From positions 934 through 64,933 of the forward strand of contig JBFFGE010000001.1 of NCBI GenBank assembly GCA_041557595.1: a stretch of DNA of 64,000 nucleotides, in the 5' to 3' direction. The notes under the pieces are model-generated. The model saw only the letters and a list, made by a program, of their open reading frames with translations, made no database searches and was not told the DNA's origin. This DNA is from Alphaproteobacteria bacterium (lineage in GTDB: Bacteria; Pseudomonadota; Alphaproteobacteria; UBA8366). Made by a program: the position numbers and the translations under genes. Shown in pieces: positions 10,020 through 20,686 of this stretch (position 1 is its first letter; each line of letters starts with the position of its first letter).

Positions 10020-10901
10020 ATGCCGGATATCGAGACGATCGGATTCATTGGCCTGGGCGTGATGGGCGAGGCCATGTGCCGAAACCTGGTCAAGAAATGC
10101 GGCAAGCGGGTCGTCGGCTATGACGTGAAGCCGGGACCGCTCGCATCGCTGAAGGCGGACGGCGTCGAGGCCGCGGACTCGATCGCCGACCTGATGGGCC
10201 GCGCCGATCTGGTGTTGCTCTGTTTGCCGGGCGAGCCCGAGGTGGAGACAGTGATGTTCAACCCGGGCGGCGTTGTCGCCTACGCGCGCGCGGGCCAGAC
10301 CGTCGTCGACATGTCGACCGTCACGCCGAGCATGGGCCGCAAATGCGCCGAAGCGCTGGCGGCGGAATCCGTGGATTTCGCCGATGCGCCGGTCGCGCGG
10401 TCGCGCCTGGCCGCCCTCGACGGCACGCTCAGCATCATGGTCGGCGGCGCGAAAGAGGTGCTGGAGCGTATTCGCCCGGCGCTCGAGTGCATGGGCACCG
10501 ACATCACCCATTGCGGCGAGGTCGGCACCGGCCAAGTGATGAAGCTCATGAACAACATGGTCGTATTCGAGAACGTCAACGCCATCGCCGAAGCCTTCAC
10601 GATCGGCCGCCGCGCCGGCATCGACGGCACCCTGCTGCTGGAAACGCTCGCCAAGGGATCGGCGGACAGCTTCGTCTGCCGCAATCACGGGCTCAAATCC
10701 ATGGCGACCGACGAACACCCGGAAAATGCTTTCCCGGTCACCTACGCGATGAAGGATGTCTCGTACGCGCTCAAACTGGCCGAGGAAACCGGCGTCGACG
10801 CGAAAGGCGCGAAGCTGGCGATGGAACGGCTGAAAGAGGCCGACGCCGCCGGTTTCGGCACCCGCTACGGCACGGTGATCCAGCGGATTATCGACAAATA
10901 G
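10020..10901 (+). CDS. NAD(P)-dependent 3-hydroxyisobutyrate dehydrogenase-family oxidoreductase
   Basis: ORF trimmed to MPDIETIGFIGLGVMGEAM. Also ADAPVARS and GTGQVMKLMNN. Confidence 0.85.
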   Translation: MPDIETIGFIGLGVMGEAMCRNLVKKCGKRVVGYDVKPGPLASLKADGVEAADSIADLMGRADLVLLCLPGEPEVETVMFNPGGVVAYARAGQTVVDMSTVTPSMGRKCAEALAAESVDFADAPVARSRLAALDGTLSIMVGGAKEVLERIRPALECMGTDITHCGEVGTGQVMKLMNNMVVFENVNAIAEAFTIGRRAGIDGTLLLETLAKGSADSFVCRNHGLKSMATDEHPENAFPVTYAMKDVSYALKLAEETGVDAKGAKLAMERLKEADAAGFGTRYGTVIQRIIDK

Positions 10902-10918
10902 GGGGTGGTCGACCCGTA

Positions 10919-12706
10919 TTACCGCCCGACCGCATAGCCCTGCATGCCGCGCGGATTGGCGGCGGCCTTGAACAGGCCGTCTTCCTGCGAGGCCGCGCAG
11001 AGCCGCCCTTCCGACCAGTCGTCGCCGGCCTCGACGCGATGGCCGCGCCGTTCCAGCTCGGCAACGGCAGCGCTCTCGAACCGGCCCTCGACCACCAGCC
11101 GGCCCGGCGTCGCCCGGCGCGGATAGAAGGAGCTGGGAAAATGCTCGTTGTGGAAGGAGGGCGCGTCGATCGCTTCCTGAAGGTTGTAGCCATGCGCCGC
11201 GTGGCGGGCGAGGAAGACCGTCTGCCACTGGTCCTGCTGATCGCCACCCGGCGTGCCATAGGCCATGTAGGGCTTGCCGTCCTTCAGCGCCATCGAGGGC
11301 GACAGTGTACTGCGCGGCCGCTTGCCGGGCTCCAGGCTGGCGGGCACGCCTTCCTCCAGCCAATACATCTGCGCCCGTGAATTGAGGCAGAAGCCGAGAT
11401 TTGGAATGACCGGGGAGCTTTGCAGCCAGCCGCCGCTCGGCGTGGCCGAGACCATGTTGCCGTCGCGGTCGATCACATCGATATGGCAGGTATCGCCGGA
11501 CGCCGCCGACCGCGGCCCGACGGTCGGCTCGCCGATGCCTGCCAAATCGGACTTGGCCGACGGGTCGTCGCCGGTGAAGCGCGCATAGTCGATCTCCGCG
11601 CCGTAGCCCTCGATCCTGCCCGGCCGGAAGTCGAGCGAGGCGTCCTTGCCGATCAATTTGCGCCGCGCATCGTTGTAGGAATCCGACAGCAACGTCTCCA
11701 TCGGCACCTCGACGAAATCCGGATCGCCGTAAAAGGATTCCCGGTCGGCGAAGGCGAGCTTCGCGCATTCGGTCAGGGTATGCACGAATTCGGCGCCGTT
11801 CGGGTCCATGCCCGCCAGGTCGAACCCCTTCAACAGCGCCAATTGCTGGAGATGAACCGGCCCCTGCGACCACGGGCCGCCCTTGAGCACGGTGATGCCT
11901 TGAAAATCGTAAGACAGCGGCGTCTCGTAGCTGGCCCGCCAGCGCGCCATGTCGTCGCCGGTCAGAATGCCCGTATGGGGTTCGCCGGTAACGTCCATGG
12001 CGGCGGTGTCGCGGCAGAAGCGGTCCATCTCCTCGGCGACGAATCCCGCATAGAAACAATTGCGCGCCGCCTCGATCTGCGCTGCCCGGTCGCCGCTCGC
12101 GGCCTTCGCCTCGTCCAGGATGCGCCGCCACGTGCGCGCGATCCCCGCATTGCCCAGCAGCGTGCCGGGCTCCGGCAGATTGCCGCCGGGCAGGTAGACC
12201 GCCGCCGACGTCTTCCAATGGCCGCGAAAAATCTCCTCCACCGTCTCGATGGTCGCGCGCACCTGGGGCACGATCGGCGCGCCCTTCTCCGCATAGGCGA
12301 TGGCCGGCGCCCAGATTTCCTCCAGCGTCATCGTGCCGTGGTCGCGCAGCATCAGCATATAGGCGTCGAAGGCGCCCGGAACCACCGTGGCCAGCAGCCC
12401 GTTGCCCGGCACCATGTCGAGCCCGAGCCCGCGATAGTGGTCGATCGTCGCCGCCGCCGGCGCGACGCCCTGACCGCAGACAAGCTGCGATTGTCCGGTC
12501 GCCGCCACATGGATCAGCGCCGGCATGTCGCCGCCGGGACCGTTGAGGTGCGGTTCTGCCAGATGCAGCACGAAACCGGCGGCCACCGCCGCATCGAAGG
12601 CGTTGCCGCCCTTCTCCAGCATCGCCATGCCGGCCGCCGAGGCCAGCCAGTGGGTCGAGGACACGACACCGAAGGTGCCGAGCAGTTCCGGGCGGGTGGT
12701 AAACAT
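10919..12706 (-). CDS. ggt: gamma-glutamyltransferase-family protein
   Basis: About 595 aa with VVSSTHWLASAAGMAMLEKGGNAFDAAVAA and the GDTCHIDVIDRDGNMVSATPSGG nucleophile region. ATG 12706 preferred over the in-frame TTG at 12721. Confidence 0.9.
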   Translation of the reverse strand: MFTTRPELLGTFGVVSSTHWLASAAGMAMLEKGGNAFDAAVAAGFVLHLAEPHLNGPGGDMPALIHVAATGQSQLVCGQGVAPAAATIDHYRGLGLDMVPGNGLLATVVPGAFDAYMLMLRDHGTMTLEEIWAPAIAYAEKGAPIVPQVRATIETVEEIFRGHWKTSAAVYLPGGNLPEPGTLLGNAGIARTWRRILDEAKAASGDRAAQIEAARNCFYAGFVAEEMDRFCRDTAAMDVTGEPHTGILTGDDMARWRASYETPLSYDFQGITVLKGGPWSQGPVHLQQLALLKGFDLAGMDPNGAEFVHTLTECAKLAFADRESFYGDPDFVEVPMETLLSDSYNDARRKLIGKDASLDFRPGRIEGYGAEIDYARFTGDDPSAKSDLAGIGEPTVGPRSAASGDTCHIDVIDRDGNMVSATPSGGWLQSSPVIPNLGFCLNSRAQMYWLEEGVPASLEPGKRPRSTLSPSMALKDGKPYMAYGTPGGDQQDQWQTVFLARHAAHGYNLQEAIDAPSFHNEHFPSSFYPRRATPGRLVVEGRFESAAVAELERRGHRVEAGDDWSEGRLCAASQEDGLFKAAANPRGMQGYAVGR

Positions 12707-12852
12707 GGGGGGCAACTCCAATTGCTTAAGGCCGGACTGTACCGCCCGCGACGAAATCCGGCAAACACTCCTCGCAATTGGACCTTGCGCACAGAACCGA
12801 GCACTATGGCGCTCAACCCGAAGATCATGCGCGTAGCGGAGGAGAATGAAGG

Positions 12853-13668
12853 ATGGCAGTCGTCGAGACCGAAATTCACGGACAAATCATGCTGGTTCGC
12901 CTGAACCGGCCGGAACGGATGAATGCGCTCGGGGTCGAGCTGCGGCGCGGCATGGCCGATGCCTTTACCGAATTCCAGCAAAGCGCGGATCTGGAAGTGG
13001 CCGTGCTGACCGGCACCGGCCGCGGGTTCTGCGCCGGCGAGGATATGAAGGAATCGCTTGAGCGCGGCGCCCCGGGCAGCGATTCCGCGCCGGTCGAGAA
13101 CCCCTTCATGGACGGCACGCTCGACAAACCGGTCATCGCCGCGATCAACGGCTTCGCCATGGGCGGCGGCTTCATGCTGGTCGAGCGCACGGATCTGCGG
13201 GTCGCCGTGCGTAGCGCGGTCTTCGAGATATCGGAGGCCAAGCGCTGGCTGCTCGGCGGCTACAATCACGGCCACCTCGCCGGGCTGCCGCACCCGGTGG
13301 CGACCGAGATGGCGCTCGGCTTCCGCTTCACCGCCGAACGGCTCTACGAAGTCGGATTCCTCAACCGGCTTGTCGAACCGGACGAGTTGCTGCCCACGTC
13401 GTTCGAGATGGCGGAACACCTGCTGACCCTGCCGCCGGCGTCGCGCGTCAACACGGTCTACATGATGCGGCAGATGCGCCCGCAGGTGGCGCCCGACCTG
13501 AGCCGCCTGGCCGATGCCCTGCACGAACACGGCGACAAGAACGACCGCATGGAATCCCGCGCGGCGTTCGCCGAGAAACGCAAACCCAACTTCAAGGGCT
13601 GGCTCAAGCCCGAGGACCGGTACAACATGCCGACCCTGGAATCGGTGAGGGGCGAAGGCGACGATTGA
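12853..13668 (+). CDS. enoyl-CoA hydratase/isomerase (crotonase) family protein
   Basis: LNRPERMNAL, FCAGEDM, AAINGFAMGGG crotonase motifs. Confidence 0.85.
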   Translation: MAVVETEIHGQIMLVRLNRPERMNALGVELRRGMADAFTEFQQSADLEVAVLTGTGRGFCAGEDMKESLERGAPGSDSAPVENPFMDGTLDKPVIAAINGFAMGGGFMLVERTDLRVAVRSAVFEISEAKRWLLGGYNHGHLAGLPHPVATEMALGFRFTAERLYEVGFLNRLVEPDELLPTSFEMAEHLLTLPPASRVNTVYMMRQMRPQVAPDLSRLADALHEHGDKNDRMESRAAFAEKRKPNFKGWLKPEDRYNMPTLESVRGEGDD

Positions 13669-14021
13669 CCTACGACGATTTCAACGACTTTTGCCGCGGC
13701 CTGCCCGCCACCAGCCATGTGGTGCAGTGGGGCGCCGCACAGGTCTGGAAAGTCGGCGGCAAGGTGTTCGCGATCGGCGGCTGGGGCGATGGCGAACCAG
13801 GATACACCTTCAAGGTGTCCGACCTGTCATACGACATCATGAAGGATCAGCCCGGCCTGCGGCCCGCGCCCTATCTCGCCGCGCGCGGCATGAAATGGAT
13901 CCAGCACTATGCGCAGCCGGGCCTTTCGGATGCGGAGCTGAAGGACTATCTGCGCGAATCCCATCGCATCGTCGCACGCGGATTGTCGAAAAAGAAACAA
14001 CGGGAACTGGGGCTCGACTGA
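13665..14021 (+). CDS. MmcQ/YjbR-family protein
   Basis: 118 aa with a typical YjbR layout (FCRGLPATSHVVQWG, VFAIGG, FKVSD). Apparent TTG start overlaps the upstream TGA. Confidence 0.65.
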   Translation: MTYDDFNDFCRGLPATSHVVQWGAAQVWKVGGKVFAIGGWGDGEPGYTFKVSDLSYDIMKDQPGLRPAPYLAARGMKWIQHYAQPGLSDAELKDYLRESHRIVARGLSKKKQRELGLD

Positions 14022-14114
14022 CCTGATCCGTAAGATCGGCCCCGTCTCCCGCCCGCTTGACGGCCCGGCATAACTGCGCCAATTGTCCAACAATCCCATC
14101 GACCGGAGCAATTC

Positions 14115-15005
14115 ATGAGCATCCCGTTCAATCGTGAAATCGAGTTCACCTATGGCCGGGTCGCGGTGCTGACGCCGATGGTCCGCCGCGTGATCGCCGA
14201 AAACCCCGGCCCCTATACCTTCAAGGGCACGGGCACCTACATCATCGGCCGGGGCGAGGTGGCGGTGATCGATCCGGGTCCGCTGGACGAAGCCCATGTC
14301 GAGTCGCTGCTCTATGCGCTCAAGGGCGAGACGGTGACCCATATCCTGGTCACCCACACCCATCGCGATCATTCGCCGGCGGTCCGCCTGCTGCAGCCGG
14401 AGACGGAGGCGCAGACCTATGGCTACGGGCGGCATGGCGGCGACAAGGATCTGCCGCGGGTCGAGAGCGCGGACTTCGATTTCATGCCCGATGTCCTGCT
14501 GAAGGACAGCGACGTGGTGCAGGGCCGCGACTGGACCGTCGAGGCGGTGCATACGCCGGGGCACACGTCGAACCATCTGTGCTTCGCGCTGAAAGAAGAA
14601 AACACGCTGTTCAGCGGCGACCACGTGATGGGCTGGTCGACCACCGTGGTGTCGCCGCCGGACGGCGATATGGGCGCCTATATCGCATCGCTCGAGAAAC
14701 TGCTGGGCCGCGACGACGGGACGTTGCTGCCGACCCATGGCAGCGCGATCGAGGATCCCAAGACCTATATGACCGCCTTGCTGGCGCATCGAATGCAGCG
14801 CGTCGAACAGGTGTTGGCGCAAGTCGCGGCCGGCCGGCAGACGGTTCGTGAAATGGTCGATGCGATCTATATCGATCTGGACCCCCGGCTGCATGGCGGG
14901 GCCGCGCGGTCCGTCCTGTCGCATTTGATCCACCTGATCGAAATCGGCCGCATCTCCTGCGACGGCGCGCCCACGAAAGACGCGGTTTATTCGGTTGCCG
15001 GCTAG
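14115..15005 (+). CDS. MBL-fold metallo-hydrolase
   Basis: THTHRDHSPA (HxHxDH) and HTPGHTSNH, with a C-terminal helical domain. Confidence 0.85.
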   Translation: MSIPFNREIEFTYGRVAVLTPMVRRVIAENPGPYTFKGTGTYIIGRGEVAVIDPGPLDEAHVESLLYALKGETVTHILVTHTHRDHSPAVRLLQPETEAQTYGYGRHGGDKDLPRVESADFDFMPDVLLKDSDVVQGRDWTVEAVHTPGHTSNHLCFALKEENTLFSGDHVMGWSTTVVSPPDGDMGAYIASLEKLLGRDDGTLLPTHGSAIEDPKTYMTALLAHRMQRVEQVLAQVAAGRQTVREMVDAIYIDLDPRLHGGAARSVLSHLIHLIEIGRISCDGAPTKDAVYSVAG

Positions 15006-15006
15006 A

Positions 15007-15106
15007 GCAAATCCCGAGCGAACCGAGACGGTTCGCGACGACGTATTTGCTTAAAAACCAAGAGACTGACCATTTCATATGCGTCGATTCAAACAAGAAA
15101 TGGTCT
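15007..15106 (+). repeat. intergenic repeat family 1, copy B (reference)
   Basis: Two hairpins. First: GCAAAT..GCGAACCG-aga-CGGTTCGC..ATTTGC. Second: GACCATTTC-N20-GAAATGGTC. It fills the whole gap between two convergent stop codons. Confidence 0.85.
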
Positions 15107-16355
15107 AGTCAGGAGACAATTCCGCGATTATGCACCGCGCGCGGCGTTCCCAGCGCAGCGCGATCAGGAAGACCACCGTACACAGCCCGGCGGCGACCGA
15201 GAGCGGCAGCACCAGGCCGAGACGGTCGGCCGCCCATCCCAAAATGAGCGCGCCGAGCGCAGGCAAGCCGCGCAGCGTCAGGCCGTTCAGGCTGAGCACG
15301 CGGCCCCGCAGGCGGTTATCGACCGCGACCTGAATCATCGTGATCGAGCCGACGCCGCCGGTGCTCATCGCAAAGCCGAAGGCGGTGAAGGCGAGCAGCG
15401 CGACCGAGAAAAAGCCGGTGCCGACCAGCACGAAAACGCTGATCGATGCGAGCAGCAGGCTGAAAACGATATTGCGGACGAGGCCGTCCACATGGCCGCG
15501 CTTGGCGAGCCACAACCCGGCGGCCAGCGCGCCGACGCCGCGCGCGGCGGTGAACATCGCCAATCCCGCCGCCCCTTGCGCGTACAGCAATTCGGAGACC
15601 GCCGGCAGCAACTCGTTGACCGGCCGGACCAGCAGCGACATCGCCAGGGACATCAGCAATAGCGGCCCGATCAGCCGGTGCCCCCGGACATAGCGAATGC
15701 CCACCAGCAAATCGACCAGCACCCGGCGCCGGCGGCCGCGACTCTCCGCCACTACCGGAAGGCGGATCCGGCTCAACGCGAACAGTACGCATAGGAAGCT
15801 GACCGCGTTGATGGCGAAGGCCGGCGTCACGCCGTGCCCGGCAATCACCACGCCGGCGATGGCCGGCCCGGTGAAACGCGCCACATTGAAGACGACCGAA
15901 TTGAGCGCCACGGCCGAGGTCATGTCCTCCGCCCGAACCAGGCTCGGCACCAGCGATTGCCGCGCCGGCTGGTTGAGTCCGCCGATGATCCCGAGCACGA
16001 GGGTGGACAGGAGAAGCAGATTGATCGTGATGAGATCGTAGGCGGTCAGCAGAAACAGGGCCGAGGCCTGTACCGCCGACAGCGCCTGACACACGAAGAC
16101 CAGCCGCAGCCGGTTGACCCGGTCGGCGAGCACGCCCGCAAACGGACCGATGAACACCACGGGAAAGAGATCCGCGGCGGCCACCGCACCGACCCAAAAA
16201 GCCGATTCGGTCAGCGACCATGACAGCCAGCCGACCGCAAGCCGCTGCACCCATAGGCCGGTATGGCTGAACGCGATGCCGGCGGTGTAGATCGCATAGT
16301 TGCGGTTGCGCAAGGCGCGCCCGATCGCGCTGAAATCCGCCCAGCCCTTGGCCAT
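15105..16355 (-). CDS. MFS transporter
   Basis: 416 aa, about 12 hydrophobic segments, with the MFS loop GVLADRVNRLR. Confidence 0.8.
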   Translation of the reverse strand: MAKGWADFSAIGRALRNRNYAIYTAGIAFSHTGLWVQRLAVGWLSWSLTESAFWVGAVAAADLFPVVFIGPFAGVLADRVNRLRLVFVCQALSAVQASALFLLTAYDLITINLLLLSTLVLGIIGGLNQPARQSLVPSLVRAEDMTSAVALNSVVFNVARFTGPAIAGVVIAGHGVTPAFAINAVSFLCVLFALSRIRLPVVAESRGRRRRVLVDLLVGIRYVRGHRLIGPLLLMSLAMSLLVRPVNELLPAVSELLYAQGAAGLAMFTAARGVGALAAGLWLAKRGHVDGLVRNIVFSLLLASISVFVLVGTGFFSVALLAFTAFGFAMSTGGVGSITMIQVAVDNRLRGRVLSLNGLTLRGLPALGALILGWAADRLGLVLPLSVAAGLCTVVFLIALRWERRARCIIAELSPD

Positions 16356-16429
16356 CGATGGTTGGTGTCCCGAACGTTAGAAACCGCGCGGTTTCCTATA
16401 CTCTATTGTCCGGGCGAGCGCATGCCGGA

Positions 16430-17221
16430 TCAGTAGTTCACCGAGGTGCCGGAGCCGCCGTCGACGGCGATCGACTGGCCGGTGATGACATCGGCCATCG
16501 GCGAACAAAAGAACAGGGCGGCCGCGGCGATATCCTCCGGCTGGATCAACCGGCCCAAGGGAATTTCCGCGATGGATTGCGTCTTGATATCGTCCACGCT
16601 GACATTCGCGTCCCGCGCCCTGCGTTCCATGTTGGCCATCATCCGGTCCGTGGCAGTGGTCCCCGGGTGGACGCAGTTGACGGTGATGTTGTGCGGCCCC
16701 ACATGCCCGGCGAACTGCTTGGTGAAGTTGGCGACGCCCGCGTTGACGATCCCATTGGTCATGCGCAAGGGTGCGGTGATCCGCGCCGTCATGCCGCCGA
16801 TATTGACGATACGGCCCCAGCCCTGATCTTCCATATAGGGCAGGACTTCGCGCGCGCAGCGGATATAGGCCATCAGCTTGACGTCGATATGATGCCGCCA
16901 ATTGTCGTCGGTCTGTTCGTCGAAGGGCGCGCTCAGGGACATCACCGCGTTGTTGACCAGGATATCCACGCGCCCAGCCGCCGCCGCGGCCTTGCTTACG
17001 AAGCGCTGAATATTTTCCAGCTTGCTGACATCCGCCTGGATCGGCCAGGCTTGCACCCCATGGGCGCGGATCTCCGTCGCGGTCGCTTCCAGCGTTTCCA
17101 GTGTACGCCCGCAAAGCGCAACGCTCACCCCCTGTGCCGCCAAGGCCAGGGAAATCGATTTGCCGATCCCCCGTCCGCCGCCGGTCACCAGCGCCACCCG
17201 ATCCTGCAAGCCAAATTCCAT
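16430..17221 (-). CDS. SDR-family oxidoreductase
   Basis: VALVTGGGRGIG, NNAV and a YxxxK-type core. ATG 17221 has a GGAGG about 7 nt upstream (the track start at 17227 is GTG). Confidence 0.85.
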   Translation of the reverse strand: MEFGLQDRVALVTGGGRGIGKSISLALAAQGVSVALCGRTLETLEATATEIRAHGVQAWPIQADVSKLENIQRFVSKAAAAAGRVDILVNNAVMSLSAPFDEQTDDNWRHHIDVKLMAYIRCAREVLPYMEDQGWGRIVNIGGMTARITAPLRMTNGIVNAGVANFTKQFAGHVGPHNITVNCVHPGTTATDRMMANMERRARDANVSVDDIKTQSIAEIPLGRLIQPEDIAAAALFFCSPMADVITGQSIAVDGGSGTSVNY

Positions 17222-17457
17222 CGTCACGCCTCCACGTTCGAAAAAAGATGTCGAATTCGTCGAGACGCAGCATGGCCCATGGGTGCAGGGCGGTCCACTC
17301 CGGCGAGGATATTCGGCATCTCCCGGGCGCGTGACACACCCTTCGGCGAACCCGAATAGACGTGGCGAACGTTCCGACCCGTCAGGACTCTTTGGCTCTG
17401 AATTTTACGCCGTATCCACAGACGGTTATTGTTCCGAAAACAAGCAGTGCCTGTCCT

Positions 17458-18444
17458 ATGCCCGTCTCGTTTACAGCCAAGAGCGCGCGCCACGTCCTGA
17501 TCGGCGAAGGAAGCGGATTCATCGGCAGTGCGCTAGCGTCAGCGCTGCGAAAAAGAGGCGATGCCGTCACATTGATATCCCGCACCGCCGGCCCCGGCCG
17601 CATCACCTGGAACAACCTTACCGCAAACGGATTGCCGAGCTGCGATGTCGTCATCAATCTTGCCGGACAACATATCCTGGATGTTCGGCGCCGCTGGACC
17701 GACGCCTATCGGGACGAGGTCATTCAATCGCGGATCGAAACCACGAAAACCTTGGTCGACGCCATAAACGACAGCCCGTCACCGCCGGAAGTCTTCGTTT
17801 CGACCGCCGGCAAATGTTTCTATGGAACGCGTGAGCTGGACAGTACTGAGGAGCATCCCGAACTGGATGAAGATTCGGAACCCATGGGCATCGATTTTCC
17901 AGCCGAACTCGTCGGTCTATGGGAAGCCGCCGCGGAGGGCGTCGACACATCGCGTGTCCGTCACATCAAAATGCGAATTGGCGTGGTTCTGGGAAAAGTC
18001 GAGCGTAGATCACACATCGGCAAGCTGTGGCAAATAGGCCGGGCGCGCGGCTTCCTCCCAATCATCCGGCTGCCGTTTTGTCTCGGCCTGGGCGCGGTAA
18101 TCGGCTCCGGGCGGCAGATGTTTCCATGGATTCACATCGACGACATGGTTGGAATAATTCTGCATCTTATTGACAATGCCGATGCGAAGGGTCGATTCAA
18201 TGCCGTCTCTCCGGGAATTGTCACCAATCGCGTCTTTACCGAAGCATTCGCCAAGAGCCTGGGCCGCCCGATCATCTGGTCGATCCCGGAATCGCTGGTC
18301 CGATTTGCTATCGGTGACGAACGGTCATCCATTCTCTTACGGGAACAGCTCGTGCGACCCAAACGAACATTGGAATTCGGCTACGATTTCGCATATTCCA
18401 CAATAGAGTCCGCACTCGACGACCTGGTTTACAAGATCATTTGA
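17458..18444 (+). CDS. TIGR01777/SDR39U1-type epimerase-family protein (DUF1731 C-terminus)
   Basis: ORF trimmed to MPVSF. VLIGEGSGFIGSAL Rossmann motif and a C-terminal LEFGYDFAYSTIESAL pattern. Confidence 0.8.
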   Translation: MPVSFTAKSARHVLIGEGSGFIGSALASALRKRGDAVTLISRTAGPGRITWNNLTANGLPSCDVVINLAGQHILDVRRRWTDAYRDEVIQSRIETTKTLVDAINDSPSPPEVFVSTAGKCFYGTRELDSTEEHPELDEDSEPMGIDFPAELVGLWEAAAEGVDTSRVRHIKMRIGVVLGKVERRSHIGKLWQIGRARGFLPIIRLPFCLGLGAVIGSGRQMFPWIHIDDMVGIILHLIDNADAKGRFNAVSPGIVTNRVFTEAFAKSLGRPIIWSIPESLVRFAIGDERSSILLREQLVRPKRTLEFGYDFAYSTIESALDDLVYKII

Positions 18445-18486
18445 TCGGCGCGGTAAAACCGATGCACGACGTAAAAGGACACTCCG

Positions 18487-18693
18487 ATGGCTGACATAAA
18501 AATCGACCGCGAGGCGATGGGCCGCCTGGCCAAGGCGTTGACGTTCATCTGTGGCGCGGACGATCCGACCGTGGCCGCGCTCAAGGCCGCCGCCGAAAGC
18601 GGTACGGACAAAGACATCAAGAAAGCCCGCACGATGTTTCTCAAAATCAAACCGGGCGACCGGCAGGCTGCCTTGACCATGCTCGACCTTTAA
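18487..18693 (+). CDS. hypothetical small protein (68 aa)
   Basis: ATG preceded by AAGGA, in a non-overlapping intergenic position. No family recognised. Confidence 0.45.
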   Translation: MADIKIDREAMGRLAKALTFICGADDPTVAALKAAAESGTDKDIKKARTMFLKIKPGDRQAALTMLDL

Positions 18694-18756
18694 TCCGCGG
18701 CGGCACGGGGCTCCCGATCGAACTCTTATTCCAAGGACACATGAGGACAATAAGAA

Positions 18757-19176
18757 ATGCCAGATGAAGGTTTCCGGAAATGGCTCGGCGTCGAATACGA
18801 AGTCATGGAAGACGGCCATGCGGTCGTCGGGATGAACATCACGGACGAGATGCGTAATCTGCGCGGCGTCGTGCAGGGCGGCGTGATCGCGTCGCTGATC
18901 GATGTGGCGATGGCGACCGCGGCCGCCGGCGGCAATTACGACACGCGGCTGCGGCCGATGGCGACGCTCGAGATCAAGGTAAATTACCTCGCCGCCGCGA
19001 CCGGCGAGCGGTTGACCGGCACGGCCGATGTGGTGCGCGCCGGGTCACGGAGCGCGGTGGTGCGCTGCGACGTGGTCGACGGCACTGGGAAGATTTGCGC
19101 GACCGGTCTCGGCACCTTCATGACACGCCACGTCCATGCGACCGATCCGAAGAACATGCCGCCGCCAAAAGCGTAA
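18757..19176 (+). CDS. PaaI-family (hotdog-fold) thioesterase
   Basis: 139 aa with NLRGVVQGGVIASLIDVAM and the hotdog pattern. Confidence 0.8.
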   Translation: MPDEGFRKWLGVEYEVMEDGHAVVGMNITDEMRNLRGVVQGGVIASLIDVAMATAAAGGNYDTRLRPMATLEIKVNYLAAATGERLTGTADVVRAGSRSAVVRCDVVDGTGKICATGLGTFMTRHVHATDPKNMPPPKA

Positions 19177-19205
19177 CCGGTCTTTGGCGGCCGTGCCGCG
19201 TTAGA

Positions 19206-19305
19206 GCAAATCCCGGGCGAACCGGAACGGTTCGCGACGACGGATTTGCTTTAAAACCAAGAGATAAGCCATTTCATTTGAGTCGATTTAAACAGGAAAT
19301 GGTCT
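19206..19305 (+). repeat. intergenic repeat family 1, copy C
   Basis: GCAAATCCCGGGCGAACCGGAACGGTTCGCGACGACGGATTTGC ... CCATTTC-N-GAAATGG. Lies between convergent stops. Confidence 0.85.
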
Positions 19306-20377
19306 ACCGCAGATCCGCGATGCGCGGCCCCACATCCTCGGCCAGCAAGCGCAGGCTTTCATGATCCCAGGAGGCATCGTCTGAATCGGCGGTGATGCTC
19401 AGCAGCGTGCCGAACCCGCCGGTCGCCTCATGGAGCGCGCGAATCTTGTCCTCGCATTCCGCCGGGTCGCCGACGATCCAGACATTCTCCATCAGATAGT
19501 CGACGTCCACCGCCTCGTCCGGCATTGACGGGTCGAGCTTCGTGCACTGTATCTGGATCGTACCCACACGGCTGGCATATTGGTGTTGTTCGTAATTGCG
19601 GCCGAGCACGGCGCGCGCCCGCTCGCGCGCTATCGCGGGCGTCGGGCCCACGAAGATGTCGCGCGCAATGCGCCATTGGCTCCGGTCCGCCGTCCGGCCG
19701 GCGCTCGCCGCCCCTTCGGCCACCGATGCCCAATGTCCGGGCAGCAGCGTGCTGGAAAGCAGCGAACTGGACATCGGACTCCAGCCGCGCGCGCCGGCGA
19801 TGTTCAAGGAGGAGGATTTGGGCGTACTTGCCGCGACCGAAATCGGCGGATGCGGCAATTGTAGCGGCTTCATGTGCAGCCCCCGATCGGTGACCGGATC
19901 CAGCGCGGGCGCCTCGATATTGAAAAATTCTCCGTGATGGCTGAAGCCGCCATCGGCCTGCCAAAGGCCGAGAATGACATCGAGCGCCTCCGCTGCGCGC
20001 TCCCGCGCCTCGCCCGGGTCCAGCCCCATCAACTTCATATCGGTCTGGATCCCGCCGAGCCCGATCCCCCATTGGAAGCGTCCGCGCGCCAGATGATCGA
20101 GCATCGCCACACGGTGCGCGAGATAGACCGGTTCATGCATGCCGAGCAGCGTCACGCCGGTGCCGAATTTGATCCGTTCGGTCAGCGCCAGCGCCTTGGC
20201 GATCAGGAGATCCGGCGCCGGGGCGTTCTCCCATTTTTCGGTGAAATGTTCGCCGAGCCATGCCTCGGCGAAGCCCAGACGATCGGCCGCGACCAGTTGA
20301 TCGATATCCCGATCGTAGCAATCGGCGACCGCCCGGTGCGGTGGATGCAACGGCATCATGAACAACCCAAGTTGCAT
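19304..20377 (-). CDS. LLM-class flavin-dependent oxidoreductase
   Basis: 357 aa with a luciferase-like N-terminus (MQLGLFMMPLHPP, GFAEAWLGEHF). Confidence 0.85.
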   Translation of the reverse strand: MQLGLFMMPLHPPHRAVADCYDRDIDQLVAADRLGFAEAWLGEHFTEKWENAPAPDLLIAKALALTERIKFGTGVTLLGMHEPVYLAHRVAMLDHLARGRFQWGIGLGGIQTDMKLMGLDPGEARERAAEALDVILGLWQADGGFSHHGEFFNIEAPALDPVTDRGLHMKPLQLPHPPISVAASTPKSSSLNIAGARGWSPMSSSLLSSTLLPGHWASVAEGAASAGRTADRSQWRIARDIFVGPTPAIARERARAVLGRNYEQHQYASRVGTIQIQCTKLDPSMPDEAVDVDYLMENVWIVGDPAECEDKIRALHEATGGFGTLLSITADSDDASWDHESLRLLAEDVGPRIADLR

Positions 20378-20686
20378 GGCGATTATCCTTTGAGATCCGG
20401 CTGGGATGAGAGGATGGACGGCGTCGGCACGCCAATCCTAACAGTTCGAGAGCCGATCAGGCCAGAACCCGAAGGCCGGTCGCTATTGCGGGACAGCGGC
20501 ATCGATCGGGCTGGCGCGGCCAAGCGAACGCCGCGCCGTGACAGGGTCTTGCAAATACACTATTCGCAATATTGAATCGGGCGGACTTCGAGCCGGAGCA
20601 AGCGGCATCGCGCAGCCCCGTCGACGCCTCAATCGAACGGCCGTCCGCTAACGGCGGCACTATCCAATCGAACAGGGAGACTGAGA

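Noticed and set aside
9981-12218. 745-aa ORF on the minus strand spanning the HIBADH-like and GGT genes
   Set aside because: It is out of frame or antisense to two well-supported genes. The translation is a monotonous Arg/Gly/Ala/Pro-rich sequence with no motifs, which is the typical high-GC shadow ORF.
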